Of a DNA stretch of 64,000 nucleotides, positions 27,730-39,224 are shown in pieces (position 1 is the stretch's first letter; every line of letters begins with the position of its first letter). The notes beneath the pieces were generated by a model, which made no database searches, was not told the origin of the DNA, and worked only from the letters and a program-made list of their open reading frames with translations. The stretch is from the NCBI GenBank assembly GCA_022566355.1, contig JADFJB010000003.1:15377-79376 (forward strand), written 5' to 3'. Source of the DNA: Candidatus Zhuqueibacterota bacterium (GTDB taxonomy: Bacteria; Zhuqueibacterota; JdFR-76; DREG01). A program made the translations under genes and the position numbers.

Positions 27730-30655
27730 ATGATAGGTAAAACAATATCTCATTACAAAATCCTCGAAAAGCTCGGCAGTGGCGGCATGGGTGTGGTTTA
27801 CAAAGCCCAGGACCTAAAACTCGACCGCTTCGTCGCCCTTAAATTTCTGCCGCCACACATCAGCGCAGATGGGGATGAAAAGAAACGTTTTATACACGAA
27901 GCCAAGGCGGCATCTGCTCTACAGCACAACAACATCTGCACCATCCATGAAATCGGAGAGACGGATGATGGGCAGATGTTCATTTGTATGGACTACTACG
28001 AAGGGGAAACCCTCAAGAAAAAGATCGAGCGCGGGCCTTTGAACCTGGAAGATGCAATCGATATTGCGATTCAAATTTCCCAGGGTTTGGCCAAGGCACA
28101 TTCCAAAGAAATCACCCATCGAGATATCAAGCCCGCAAATATTCTCATCACGGAAGAAAAGCAAGTCAAGATCGTCGACTTCGGACTGGCGAAGCTAGCC
28201 GGTCGGACAGTGCTTACCAAAGAAGGGACGACCATAGGAACGGTTGCCTACATGTCGCCTGAGCAGGCACAAGGTACGGAAGTGGACCATCGCACCGATA
28301 TTTGGGCATTAGGAGTAGTTTTGTATGAAATGCTTACTGGCAAGCAGCCGTTTGCAGGAGATTATGAACAGGCTGTGATGTATTCGATCATGAACGAAGA
28401 CGCCGAGCCGATTACGGGTTTGCGGACCGGTGTGCCGATGGAATTGGAGCGGATTGTTAACAAGTGTCTGGAGAAAACTCCGGGGAATCGCTACCAATCG
28501 GTTAATGAACTTATTGTGGACTTGCGGCGGATAAGAAAAGTTGCTAATCCCGAGAACGTTGCTCCTGCAGCTTACAAGAAGTTAGAAACGGCGAGTTTTA
28601 AAAAGCGAGCATTTATCTGGATTGGAGTTAGTCTTGCTGTCATTTTCACGGCAATTGCTGGTTATTTGTTTCTTGCTAGAGAAGCAAGCAGTCCAGAACG
28701 TATCCCCATTGCAGTTGTGGACGTCATAAATGAGACTGGTGAGAAGGAACTAGATGGATTTATCCGGTCTGCTCATTACATCATTAGAGCAATCGCGGCG
28801 ATTGTCTGTTCTCACTCGATCAAGACTATTTGACATTCTCAAGCAAATGGGCAAGCCGAACATCGAACAAATCGACGTGGAACTTGGGCGGGAGATTTGT
28901 AGGAAGGCAAACATTAACTTCCTGGCAATTGCCTCTATCAGAAAATTTGGCCGGGTTTATACACTTGACTTTAAGCTACTTGATACTAACAAGAACAGAT
29001 ATTTTCTGACCGCATCTGAAAACGGTGAAGGGCACGAGAGTATCCCTGATTTGATTGACAAACTGGCAAAAAGAATACGGCAAGGTTTTAAGGAGAAATC
29101 TAGCGAAATTCAGGCTGAAAGCCAAGCTGTTACAGAATTAACGACTTCAAATTTGGAGGCATATCGATATTATAATCTTGGCGAAACGCTCTTGAGTCAA
29201 TTCAAATATAGAGAAGCTGCTGAAGAGTTCAAAAGAGCCGTCACCCTGGACTCGACATTTGCTCTTGCTCATTTCCGGTTGGCTTTTGCTAAACAGTATG
29301 GTGGTATGGGAGGGGACAAGGAAGCTATGCGGATGGCCATAAAATACATCGACAAAGTGCCTGAAAAAGAGCATTTTTTGATCAGGGCACAAGATGCATG
29401 GTTTAATAATAGACGGGAAAAGTCATACACACTGTATCAGGAAGTTTTGAAAATATATCCTCAGGAGAAGGAAGCACTCCTTCAAATTGCCGAATATATG
29501 TTGCACCATACTTTGGATCCAATTTCCGCACTACAATATTTTGAGAAATCGGTCGATGCAGATCCTGGCTATGGGGATGGCCTGGGACATCTAATTTATC
29601 TGAATCACGCTCTAAAAAGACACGATAAGGCAATCGAATATGCACTGCAGTTTGTTGATTTGCATCCGGGCGAGGCATCGTATCGCAGATTAGGAGAGAC
29701 TTACTGCTTTGCTGGTCAATTTAGCAAGGCAGAAGAAGTATTGAATAGAGCCTTAGAACTATTCCCCCGAAGCCCAGGGCTAGTTATCACTAAGGCGAAT
29801 ATCCCAGTCTTTAAGGAGAGTTATGAGACTGCAAAAGCTCAGATCACTGTGTTTCTATTAGATGCCAATTCCATATCGGAGCGAAGAATGGGTTCTCGAT
29901 ACCTGGCCGACTTATATGCTTATCAGGGAAAATATAAAGAAATTGAAGCAGTGTTTGACAAGATTATCGGGTTGGACTCGATGTCAGATCCAGATGCCAG
30001 GCTAAGATTTGATTACGCGGAAAAGGCATGGTGGCTTGCAGTCGGAAGGGGCGATGGAAACGCTGCTAAAACGGAAATTGAGAAGGCAAAAAGGATCGGA
30101 GGCCAACAAATCTCCTGGTTCTTTATGTCTCTTTTGCGAACTTATTTGCTTTTGGGCGAATTTGATGCTGCCGATTCTAGTTATTCGGCTGCAATCGCTT
30201 TAGCTGGTGAGGAAATGCATCCTTTTAGGTCGCACCTGATTAATGGGTATAAATACAAATCTCGCCAGGAATTTGGCAAGGCTGCTGCCGAGTTTGAAAA
30301 GTGGATAGAAATTAGAGGCTCGTTTAACTTTTGGGACAAAGTATTTTATTTATACGAACTTGCAGGTTGTTATTTTAGCTTAGGCGATTACAAGAAAGCG
30401 ATTGAAACCATCGCCAATATGCAAGGAATTTATATAACCTTTACGCCTAACAATAATTTACCTAGCTCACGTGGCGCCGTTTATCCGAGGGGCTTCCATC
30501 TTCTCGGCAAGATCTATGAGAAACAAGGTGAACCTAAGCGTGCCATCGAAAACTACGAAAAATTCCTCGAAATCTGGAAAAACGCCGACGAAGATTTGCC
30601 GGATTTGATCGATGCGAAGGCGAGGCTGGCGAGATTGAAGGAAAACTCGAAGTAA
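27730..30655 (+). CDS. Hanks-type Ser/Thr kinase-TM-TolB_N-like-TPR protein, split by a +1 frameshift near 28760
   Basis: LGSGGMGVVY, VALK, HRDIKPAN, DFG, YMSPE, then a TM helix. Removing one T from GGATTTATCC joins ELDG to LSGLLITSLEQS and the TPR-rich ORF 28754..30655. Confidence 0.85.
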
Positions 30656-30836
30656 TCAATTACTACTAACAAAAACCTATATAATAATTTCAACCAACAA
30701 AATAAAAGAAATCATTGGGAATTCTTTTTTGAGTATGTATATTAGAAAAAGAATCTTAAAATGATGTCCTTGTACTGGTAATATTCCATACAGATAAAAA
30801 AAGAAAATTTCTTTTTAGAAATAACCAGAGGTCATT

Positions 30837-31643
30837 ATGAAAAAACTATCCCTTTTAATTGGCTTGATTTTTATCCCTATTTCAATATCAGCCCAGGATT
30901 CCCCTGGCAAGCGATTAGAGAAATCTCCAAGGCACCAGGAATGGGTAAAAATCAAACAGGGAGAACGGATTGTCCATGCGTTTTTAGTATACCCGGAAAT
31001 TAAAGACAAAGCGCCGGCTGTTATTGTCATCCATGAAAACAGGGGATTAAACGATTGGGTATGCAGTGTTGCCGATCGGCTTGCTGAAGCCGGTTATATT
31101 GCGATTGCCCCCGACTTACTTTCCGGTATGGGACCGGATGGAGGAAAGACAAGTGATTTTCCCGACAGAAATGCCGCAAGGGATGCAATATATAGCCTGA
31201 CTCCTGAGCAGGTCACTGCTGATTTAAATGCAACTGCAGACTATGTCAAAAAACTGCCTGCCGCCAATGGTACTTTGGCAGTATCCGGATTTTGTTGGGG
31301 AGGTTCCCAAACTTTTCGCTTCGCTACCAATCGTAAAGACTTATCTGCAGCCTATGTTTTCTACGGCAGCGCTCCCAAGAATAAAGAAGACCTTGCTAAA
31401 ATCCAATGTCCTGTTTATGGTTTCTATGGCGGTAACGATGCCAGGGTAACATCAACCATTCCCAAAACTTCTGAATTAATGAAGGAAGTCAAAAAAACCT
31501 ATGAGCCAGTTATTTATGACCAAGCCAGGCACGGATTCATGCGTGCAGGTGAAGCCGATGATGCATCGGAAGCCAATAAGAAAGCAGTGGCTGAAGGTTG
31601 GAAACGCTGGAAAGCACTTTTGAAAAGCTCTGAAGAAAAGTAA
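30837..31643 (+). CDS. Secreted dienelactone hydrolase family protein
   Basis: Signal peptide; VIHENRGLN, GFCWGG, D, HGF. Confidence 0.9.
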   Translation: MKKLSLLIGLIFIPISISAQDSPGKRLEKSPRHQEWVKIKQGERIVHAFLVYPEIKDKAPAVIVIHENRGLNDWVCSVADRLAEAGYIAIAPDLLSGMGPDGGKTSDFPDRNAARDAIYSLTPEQVTADLNATADYVKKLPAANGTLAVSGFCWGGSQTFRFATNRKDLSAAYVFYGSAPKNKEDLAKIQCPVYGFYGGNDARVTSTIPKTSELMKEVKKTYEPVIYDQARHGFMRAGEADDASEANKKAVAEGWKRWKALLKSSEEK

Positions 31644-31729
31644 GAAAGTGAAACGCGAAGATTGTAGTTTGGAGTAGTTGAACTGTAAATCTTTAAGGTA
31701 ATTGAATCGGAAATAACCGTTTAGTTGTA

Positions 31730-32194
31730 GTGGGGGTTTTCCTTATTATGCTTTGCGTATCAATGTGCGGTACGACGAAGATGTTTCATTTCGATCGCAG
31801 TCCCTTTATTCCCTATATGCCAATCGTTCTATTTAATAATGGTTGGATCGCTGCCGATTCTTGCTCGAAGGGAGTTCATGCCCTGGTGGAATTCGAAGTT
31901 CCAATTGATGAGGTTAATCCTGGATTTGGCAAATATGAAAAAGTGGGACTTTGGTTGGAATCTAGATTTCCTCACAAGGCAGAACACGTTCGAATTGCTG
32001 GGCCTTTACCCAGGCAAATCTTGAATTACCAATCTTATGATATTAGCAGGTTGATGAATAGAACCGGACAACCGGAGGAAGAGTACTGGGTTTATGTTAT
32101 TCAAGCACAGTTTAACCTTGGATTACTACCGAAGCATGGAGATGCCATTTATCTATTGTATGAAAGCAGATTGATCAGTTTTCTGTGGAAGTAA
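31730..32194 (+). CDS. Hypothetical exported protein
   Basis: 154-aa ORF with a hydrophobic N-terminus and Cys; no recognised motif. Confidence 0.45.
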   Translation: MGVFLIMLCVSMCGTTKMFHFDRSPFIPYMPIVLFNNGWIAADSCSKGVHALVEFEVPIDEVNPGFGKYEKVGLWLESRFPHKAEHVRIAGPLPRQILNYQSYDISRLMNRTGQPEEEYWVYVIQAQFNLGLLPKHGDAIYLLYESRLISFLWK

Positions 32195-32314
32195 TTTTTA
32201 TTGCTGAAAGATTTGGATTCAAATTTCGATCTGAGATTATTGTGAACTTTCGATTGATAAAAAAGTAACTTAAGAGATCCACCGCAAAACAGAGCGGATA
32301 ACTATAAACGCAAT

Positions 32315-32566
32315 ATGGAAAAGGTTAACACCATGAGAGAATTTGTGGAATTCCTGGTTAAGCATTTGGTTGATCATCCGGATGAAATTCGGATTAATGA
32401 ATTAGAAAGCGAACGTTCCATAATTTATGAATTGCATGTAGCTAAGAGTGATATGGGAAAAGTCCTCGGTAAAAAAGGCCGAACTGCTCATGCTATGCGT
32501 ACTCTTATCAATGCGGCTGCTGGGGCAAGTACAAAAAAAAGAGTTATGCTGGAAATCATTGAGTAA
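32315..32566 (+). CDS. khpA: KH-domain RNA-binding protein (KhpA/UPF0109)
   Basis: LVKHLVDHPDE, DMGKVLGKKGRTAHAMRT, VMLEI; start may be ATG 32333. Confidence 0.85.
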   Translation: MEKVNTMREFVEFLVKHLVDHPDEIRINELESERSIIYELHVAKSDMGKVLGKKGRTAHAMRTLINAAAGASTKKRVMLEIIE

Positions 32567-32594
32567 AGTTAGTTAAAATATTTGGGGATTCATT

Positions 32595-32870
32595 TTGCGA
32601 GTAACTGTAATAAAAAAATTAATATTCTTAATTCTGAATTTCCAAATACTGGTTTCACTATCCTTTGCCCAAGAGGAAAATCCGGGCTGGTTCTCTCACA
32701 AACGGTTATCGTTTTCTCTCAATACCACCTATCATTTCAGCCCCTGGGATAATTACAATAATGCATTAGCAACAGTTACGAAATAGATTCGATTGGATAA
32801 TTTTATTTATGAACCAACCGGTTTTTATAAAAAGATTAAACAGGGATGGCACACACTTTTGGGTGCATGA
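32595..32870 (+). pseudogene. Truncated exported-protein gene with an internal stop
   Basis: Signal peptide ending SLSFAQ; TAG at 32784-32786, after which the frame continues to 32870. Confidence 0.45.
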
Positions 32871-33022
32871 TTACGAAACGCATGAGTTTTGTAAACTGGA
32901 GTTGGAGGGATTGTAGGACTAAACCTCAAATTCAAAAAATTAAATTTTCAAACCAAAGTTCGACCTAATTGAGATTTGTTTGGAATCTGTCTTTTGGTAT
33001 TTGGAAATTAAGTAAATTATGA

Positions 33023-33063
33023 GTGTAAGGTATAAGTATTGTAAATAAGCTTATACCTTACAC
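33023..33063. terminator. Hairpin between convergent genes, likely terminator
   Basis: Perfect 14-bp stem GTGTAAGGTATAAG / CTTATACCTTACAC; no clear U-tract. Confidence 0.55.
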
Positions 33064-33080
33064 CCAATACCTAAAATTCC

Positions 33081-34187
33081 CTAGGAGGAAGTCATTTTCT
33101 GCAAGTTATCTAAAACTCCTTGAATGCGTTGTTTCTGATTTTCCGGCGCTTTATCCAGTGCGGTTTTGTAGTTCTTGACGGCATCCTTGGTTTTGCCTTT
33201 TTTGGCATAGGCTTCGCCAAGACTATCATAAGCATTCCATGAATCGGAATGTTTCTTAACATTAAGCTTGAAGATTTCTATAGCTTTGTCTACCTGGTCT
33301 GTTTGGAAATATAAATAACCGGCTGTGTTGAGGTCACTTTCAACACCGGTATTCTTGGCAAATTTCACAGCAGCGGCGATGGCTGTATTGGATTCTGCTG
33401 TTTTATTTGCTTGAACCAGCAACCTGGCCTTAACAGATAAATTATTGATGTTTTTGTCTCTATTGATAGAATTATCTGCCCAACTTAATGCTTCGTCGGT
33501 AGCCATATTATTTTGCAGGCAATAATTTGCGGCTTGCAGATATGCTTGCCAGCGGAATCCGGCCAATGATTTTAACTCACTTCGCATATTATTCAGAACG
33601 ATCTTTGGTGTGTCCACTTCAATCTTGAATGGAATCTTTTTCTTTTCCCATTGGAGATATGCAGTAGCAGATGTATTAGAAATATCCTCGAAGCCATACT
33701 GCAGCCATTCCAGATGATCAACGTTCATAGGTGAAACGGTTACTCTTAAAGCGTCTGCATGTGGGTCATAGAAAAAGCTACCCCAGGCCATGTTATCTTT
33801 GCTAAATATGATTGTCATTTCATTTTCCGATGGCAGCATATGTAATCCATAGTTACCTGCTGCTAGGTTTTGCCCTTCAATAGAAACATCATGAGTAAAA
33901 GTAATCGTGGTATTTTCATTCGCTCCCGCACGCCAGGGGAAATCGATGCCATTATTGAAATTTTGACCTTTGGCCATACCATTTGGAACCAATGCACCCC
34001 AAATCGCTCTCCCTTTAACACCCGGTCGATGGTAAGTAATCGTCACATCAGTGATACCGATTCTTTGAGAAACTGATGCATAAGAACTGGCCCTCGGTGT
34101 AGTCAAGTTCTGCGCAATTAATGGCGCCGCGACCATGACTAAAGCTGCCAGAACCATGACAAAAGTGGTAAATCGTGATTGTTTCAT
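33081..34187 (-). CDS. DUF2911 domain + TPR exported protein
   Basis: PRAS..SVSQRIGITDVTITYHRPGVKGR, WRAGANENT, C-terminal TPR (NAYDSLGEAY). Confidence 0.88.
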   Translation of the reverse strand: MKQSRFTTFVMVLAALVMVAAPLIAQNLTTPRASSYASVSQRIGITDVTITYHRPGVKGRAIWGALVPNGMAKGQNFNNGIDFPWRAGANENTTITFTHDVSIEGQNLAAGNYGLHMLPSENEMTIIFSKDNMAWGSFFYDPHADALRVTVSPMNVDHLEWLQYGFEDISNTSATAYLQWEKKKIPFKIEVDTPKIVLNNMRSELKSLAGFRWQAYLQAANYCLQNNMATDEALSWADNSINRDKNINNLSVKARLLVQANKTAESNTAIAAAVKFAKNTGVESDLNTAGYLYFQTDQVDKAIEIFKLNVKKHSDSWNAYDSLGEAYAKKGKTKDAVKNYKTALDKAPENQKQRIQGVLDNLQKMTSS

Positions 34188-34463
34188 TGAAACCTCCGTC
34201 TTGGTTAGTAATACAGTGAATTATTGCAAGGAATAAACATATTTGTGGTGACTAATATTCTAAAGGCTTAGTGTGAATATATAATTTTTCTGGATCGTAT
34301 TTACAGCTATGAACAAAGCAATTACGCAAATAACTTCCAAAAGTTACCCAAAAGTTATTTATCTTATCATTTTATATTTGCAATTCTGATTTGATTTTTC
34401 TTGTTTAATAAATTATAGAAATGAACTGTTGGTAAATTTTGATATTTTAAAAAGTGAGGTATT

Positions 34464-35396
34464 ATGAATAGTAAAATAAAAAACCAGGTCTATTTGTTTT
34501 TTGTGTTGATTGTCTCTGCATGCAGCTTTGCAATAGCGGACGAGAAAACAAATTCAACTCCAAGTGAGCAGTTTAAATCCTATTGGTACCAAGGTAAAGC
34601 TGAGCTTACGCGCTACAAACTCGACCAGGCGCGCTATGGAGAAATCCATACGGGAGATGCGGTATTGATTTTCGTGACCGAAGATTTCCTGAAATACGAA
34701 CAGGTAAAAAAGGAATTTGGTGATAGTAAGAATTATACTTCTGTTCTCAAGTTGAACGCAACCCGGAAATTTTATACCGGAATTTATCCATATTCAACCA
34801 TGGTTTCGGTATTCACACCAGTTGATTTGCATAACGATCCAAAAACATTAAAAGTCACGAGTTCTAACCAGGAATGGTGCGGCCAAACTTTTACGCAAAT
34901 GAATCTTAGAGGCCGTAATTATGAAGTCCAACTTCACTCCTATTTCCAAAACGAAGCCGATCAGAACTTTAAGATAAAATCTGTTCTTTTGGAAGATGAA
35001 GTTTGGACCCGTATCCGAATATCGCCTGAATCTTTACCAAAAGGAGATATCGAAATAATTCCCGGGTTGTTATTTTCCCGGTTTCGTCATACAAAAAGTA
35101 AAGTGGAAAAGGCGTCAGCAAATTTAACAGATTTGACGGATAATTCTCTTTCCGATCATCCACTGCAGGTTTATACCATCGAATACAGTGAATTGAAACG
35201 CAGGCTCTCAATCACCTTCGAAAAGGATTTTCCCCATACGATCGTAGCCTGGGAAGAGACACAACCGAGTGGATTTGGCAGGAATGCAAAATCTTTAACA
35301 ACACGAGCGCTACGCACCCATTCGATCTTTACAGATTATTGGTCTAAGAATGCTGTGGCCGATTCGACATTTAGAATTCAATTAGGTTTAGAGTGA
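34464..35396 (+). CDS. Conserved exported hypothetical protein
   Basis: Signal peptide; YWYQGKAELTRY..QARYGE, FVTEDF, QEWCG. Confidence 0.8.
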   Translation: MNSKIKNQVYLFFVLIVSACSFAIADEKTNSTPSEQFKSYWYQGKAELTRYKLDQARYGEIHTGDAVLIFVTEDFLKYEQVKKEFGDSKNYTSVLKLNATRKFYTGIYPYSTMVSVFTPVDLHNDPKTLKVTSSNQEWCGQTFTQMNLRGRNYEVQLHSYFQNEADQNFKIKSVLLEDEVWTRIRISPESLPKGDIEIIPGLLFSRFRHTKSKVEKASANLTDLTDNSLSDHPLQVYTIEYSELKRRLSITFEKDFPHTIVAWEETQPSGFGRNAKSLTTRALRTHSIFTDYWSKNAVADSTFRIQLGLE

Positions 35397-35489
35397 AAAA
35401 GAAACAAAACGAACAACACTGAAAAAAATATAATATGATTGACGTGAGTTCGATATATTTAATGGTAATGAAAATATGCAAAATTACCA

Positions 35490-35566
35490 GTCTTCGACGA
35501 GTTTATCCTGAGCATGAAGGGCTCAGGCTGCTGAATTTAAGCCATGGTGAGCAGAGTCGAACCATG
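35490..35566. repeat. Degenerate REP-like element
   Basis: CTTCGAC...CCTGAGCATGAAGGGCTCAGG hairpin ...CATGGTGAGCAGAGTCGAACCATG; shares the GTGAGCxxAGTCGAAC core with the 57-bp repeat. Confidence 0.55.
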
Positions 35567-35602
35567 AATTCACTTATGTCGAACTCACGTTATAATTAGG
35601 AA

Positions 35603-37081
35603 ATGATGAATTCTTCTAATAATCATGGCGATATGCCAGCCGAGGACTTTCGTAAATATGGCTACCAGTTAATCGATTGGATTGCAGATTTTTTTGCTGA
35701 AATCGATAAACACGCAGTCCTTCCGAATATTCAACCTGGTGATATTGTTAATAAATTACCCCATAGACCGCCGGTATCGTCCGAATCGATGGATAAGATT
35801 TTATCGGATATTGATAAAGTGATTATGCCCGGCATGACTCATTGGAATCATCCTAATTTCTTCGCTTACTTTTCTTCCAGTGGCTCGGCTCCCGGAGTGT
35901 TAGGAGAATTAATTGGCTCGGCTTTCAATATCAATGGCATGGTATGGCAATCCTGTCCATCATCGACCGAATTGGAAAAAGTGACAATGGATTGGCTGCG
36001 CCAATTATTGGGTCTTCCGGAAGAATATTGGGGCATCATTTACGACACGGCATCGACCAGTAATCTTCATGCAATCGCGGCTGCTCGGGAACAGTTGACT
36101 GATCTGAAACTCAGGGAAAAAGGAATGTGTGGCAGAACGGATGTACCGCGACTGAGAATTTATCTTTCCGAACATGCTCATTCTTCGGTGGATAAAGCTG
36201 CCATCACATTGGGTTTTGGCATGGATTCAATTTGCAAGATCCCTGTTGATGAAGCTTTCAGGATGAAGCCAGCATTATTGCAGGAAGCAATCCAGGCTGA
36301 TCGCAGCAAAGGGTGGCGGCCGTTTTGTGTCGTGGCAACTATTGGGACGACATCAACCACGAGTGTAGATCCGACTTCTGAAATAGCCGATATTTGTGAG
36401 CGTGAAAATTTGTGGCTGCATGTCGATGCGGCATATGGCGGTTCCGCTGCAATCCTGCCGGAAAAACGGGATCTGTTTTATGGTTGGGAACGAGCCGATT
36501 CGATTGTGATGAATCCGCATAAATGGATGTTTGTACCAATCGACTTAAGTGCATTTTATACGAGAAAACCTGCGTTATTACGCCAGGCATTCAGCTTAGT
36601 GCCGGAATACCTGAAAACCGAACATGACGAAGTAACGGACAACTTTATGGATTACGGATTTCAACTTGGCCGACGATTTCGATCGTTAAAACTATGGTTT
36701 GTACTTCGTTACTTTGGTCAGGAAGGATTGGCTAGCCGGATTCGTTACCACCTGGAATTAGCCAAAGAATTCATCCAATGGGTGGAGGATCACCCCTCGT
36801 TTGAAGTCATGGCGCCGGCGCCATTTAGTACGGTCTGTTTTCGATTTCATCCTGAAGGAACGGATGATGAAAATAAACTCAATCAGCTAAATGAAAAACT
36901 ATTACAGGCGATCAATGCAACGCATCAAATCTTCTTATCCCATACAAAACTTGGAGAAACTTATATTATTCGTTTTGCAATTTCGAATTTGAGAACCGAG
37001 AAAGAACATGTTGAAAGAGCTTGGAAACTTATCCAAACTGAAGCGCAAAAGTTGATTGATAGCTTCATGTATACAAGTTAA
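35603..37081 (+). CDS. PLP-dependent group II (aromatic L-amino acid) decarboxylase
   Basis: PGMTHWNHP, AHSSVDKA, WLHVDAAYGG, MNPHKW, LGRRFRSLKLW. Confidence 0.92.
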   Translation: MMNSSNNHGDMPAEDFRKYGYQLIDWIADFFAEIDKHAVLPNIQPGDIVNKLPHRPPVSSESMDKILSDIDKVIMPGMTHWNHPNFFAYFSSSGSAPGVLGELIGSAFNINGMVWQSCPSSTELEKVTMDWLRQLLGLPEEYWGIIYDTASTSNLHAIAAAREQLTDLKLREKGMCGRTDVPRLRIYLSEHAHSSVDKAAITLGFGMDSICKIPVDEAFRMKPALLQEAIQADRSKGWRPFCVVATIGTTSTTSVDPTSEIADICERENLWLHVDAAYGGSAAILPEKRDLFYGWERADSIVMNPHKWMFVPIDLSAFYTRKPALLRQAFSLVPEYLKTEHDEVTDNFMDYGFQLGRRFRSLKLWFVLRYFGQEGLASRIRYHLELAKEFIQWVEDHPSFEVMAPAPFSTVCFRFHPEGTDDENKLNQLNEKLLQAINATHQIFLSHTKLGETYIIRFAISNLRTEKEHVERAWKLIQTEAQKLIDSFMYTS

Positions 37082-37085
37082 GCAA

Positions 37086-38015
37086 ATGGGACTTCGCGTT
37101 TTATTGTGGATATTTTTCCTGGCTGTTTTGTGGGGGCCTTCATTTCTGTTCATTAAAGTAGCTGTTCTTGAAATCCCGCCGTTTACCTTAATGACTGCTC
37201 GAGTAGGAATCGCCTCGCTAATTTTATATATCATACTACGCGCGAGCGGTAAAAAACTGACGCTTAATCCAGCAACCTGGCGGTCTTTTGCATTTATGGC
37301 TGTATTTGCCAATGCACTTCCTTTCGTCCTGTTTGGCTGGGGAGAAATCCATGTTGACAGTGCCCTGGCCGCCGTGTTAAATGGAACAACGCCAATTTTT
37401 ACTATCATTATTGCTCATTTTTTTATAAGTGATGATCGGTTGAATCTTGTAAAAATTATCGGAATTATCTTTGGATTCCTGGGAGTTGTCATTTTGTTTT
37501 TCCCATTTTTATCGAAAGGATTAACACTGGATACTCTCGGAGTTTTCGCCTTCATAGCCGCAGCTTTATGTTATGGAATATCCACAGTTTATGCCCGCAA
37601 GAAACTTCGGGGTTTACCGCCTTTAGTAGCGCCAACCGCTCAATTAATTTTGGCTACGATCTGTTTACTTCCATTTTCACTTATTATCGATCGACCATTT
37701 GAAATGAATTTTCCTTCCTGGAATGCAATCAATTCGGTATTGGCCTTGGCCATTTTTGGTTCTGCCATCGCATTTGCAACATTCTATCATATTCTGGAAA
37801 TGACTTCTGCCACGAATCTATCCATGGTTACTTACTTGATTCCGGTGATCGGTGTAATTCTCGGAGTTGTTTTTCTGGATGAAAAATTGGGCTGGTATGT
37901 TTATGTTGGTTGTGCGATTATTGTGTTGGGCATTATGGTTGTAAATGGCGTGTTTAATCAGTTTCTGGGCAGGAAGGTTGAAAATGAAATCATTGCAGCT
38001 AAACCTTCAGAATAA
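37086..38015 (+). CDS. EamA/DMT family transporter
   Basis: LWGPSFLFIK, two EamA repeats, about 10 TM helices. Confidence 0.9.
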   Translation: MGLRVLLWIFFLAVLWGPSFLFIKVAVLEIPPFTLMTARVGIASLILYIILRASGKKLTLNPATWRSFAFMAVFANALPFVLFGWGEIHVDSALAAVLNGTTPIFTIIIAHFFISDDRLNLVKIIGIIFGFLGVVILFFPFLSKGLTLDTLGVFAFIAAALCYGISTVYARKKLRGLPPLVAPTAQLILATICLLPFSLIIDRPFEMNFPSWNAINSVLALAIFGSAIAFATFYHILEMTSATNLSMVTYLIPVIGVILGVVFLDEKLGWYVYVGCAIIVLGIMVVNGVFNQFLGRKVENEIIAAKPSE

Positions 38016-38068
38016 AAGGCACAGGCCACAAAGAAATAAAATGTTAAAATAGTAGGTAAGTAAATCCA

Positions 38069-38500
38069 ATGAAAATTGCAATGGCTGCGGATCACGCTGG
38101 GTATGAACTTAAAGAACAAATTAAAACTTATTTAATCGAAAAAGGACATGAGGTCAAAGATTTTGGCACGAATTCCTCTGAATCTGTCGATTATCCACTT
38201 TTCATACGGCCTGTTGCCGAAGCGGTTGTTAAAGGCGAGTTCGAACGAGGAATTATTCTGGGTGGCTCCGGCAATGGGGAAGCCATCGTTGCGAATCGAC
38301 TGAAAGGGGTTCGGTGTACCCTATGCTGGAATTCGAAGTCGGCGAGGCTGGCCCGAGAGCATAACGATGCTAATATCTTGTCACTGGGCGCGCGGTTAAT
38401 CAACCTTGAAACTGCAAAAAGTATTGTTGATATTTGGCTGACTACCGAATTCGTTGGGGGAAGGCATGAAAGAAGAATTAAACAAATTGATAATAATTAA
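38069..38500 (+). CDS. rpiB: Ribose-5-phosphate isomerase B
   Basis: ADHAGYELK, SVDYP, GGSGNGE, AREHNDAN, GGRHERR. Confidence 0.93.
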   Translation: MKIAMAADHAGYELKEQIKTYLIEKGHEVKDFGTNSSESVDYPLFIRPVAEAVVKGEFERGIILGGSGNGEAIVANRLKGVRCTLCWNSKSARLAREHNDANILSLGARLINLETAKSIVDIWLTTEFVGGRHERRIKQIDNN

Positions 38501-38747
38501 TTAGGTTTGACGATGGAGAATCTAGATCGAATAGCAAGCGTTTTAATATTGTCCGTTATCCAGGATTGTATTTTGACAACAATTTCAAATTGTATAAAAA
38601 TGAAATCAATCAAAGAACCCTTTATCCCTTAGTGAACTTCGTTTCCTTCGTGGTGAAATAATACAAGTTCTCTCTATTTTCATTCACTTATGCTATACAG
38701 TGTAAAACTTTGTTTTTTGAACAAACTTTTTAACAGATGTTTCTTTT

Positions 38748-38800
38748 TTGACAGGATTAACAAGATATACTGGATTTTTATCCTGATTATCCTGTCTAAA
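38748..38800. repeat. Hairpin built of roughly 9-bp periodic units
   Basis: GACAGGATTAACAAGATATACTGGAT...ATCCTGATTATCCTGTC; a related half occurs near 52310. Confidence 0.5.
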
Positions 38801-38978
38801 AATGAACATTTAGATTAGTAAAATATATTTTTTGTTTGCAGCCTTGAGTTGCGCTGTGATTTAAGTTAAGTAAATCATCCATGTAATAATTATGAATTTG
38901 TTGGTTTGCTAATTGATTTTATGCACGGGAAAAGAATTATCTTGATCCTAAAATTTTAAATCTTTAAATTATTATCCT

Positions 38979-39215
38979 ATGGCATATGTGGTGAGCAAAA
39001 AATTAGATTGTCGATGGTTATACGACCCACTTCCAATTATCCGCTTAAGTTGTGCTGTTCGACAATTAAATGCTGGAGAAATCATTGAAATGATATCAAA
39101 TGATCCTGCAGCTTTGTATGATATGAAAGCATGGAGTAAATTAACCGGCCATACCGTACTAGAAACAACAAATCGCCCAGACCATACTTGTTTTTTAATT
39201 CAAAAAAAGATATAG
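38979..39215 (+). CDS. TusA-family protein lacking the canonical CPxP cysteine
   Basis: LDCRWLYDPLPII, EMISNDPAA..DMKAW, GHTVL. Confidence 0.8.
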   Translation: MAYVVSKKLDCRWLYDPLPIIRLSCAVRQLNAGEIIEMISNDPAALYDMKAWSKLTGHTVLETTNRPDHTCFLIQKKI

Positions 39216-39224
39216 GAGATTTTC

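Noticed and set aside
28740..28780. Programmed ribosomal frameshift in the kinase
   Set aside because: No canonical slippery heptamer or obvious downstream structure; a single-base insertion explains it.
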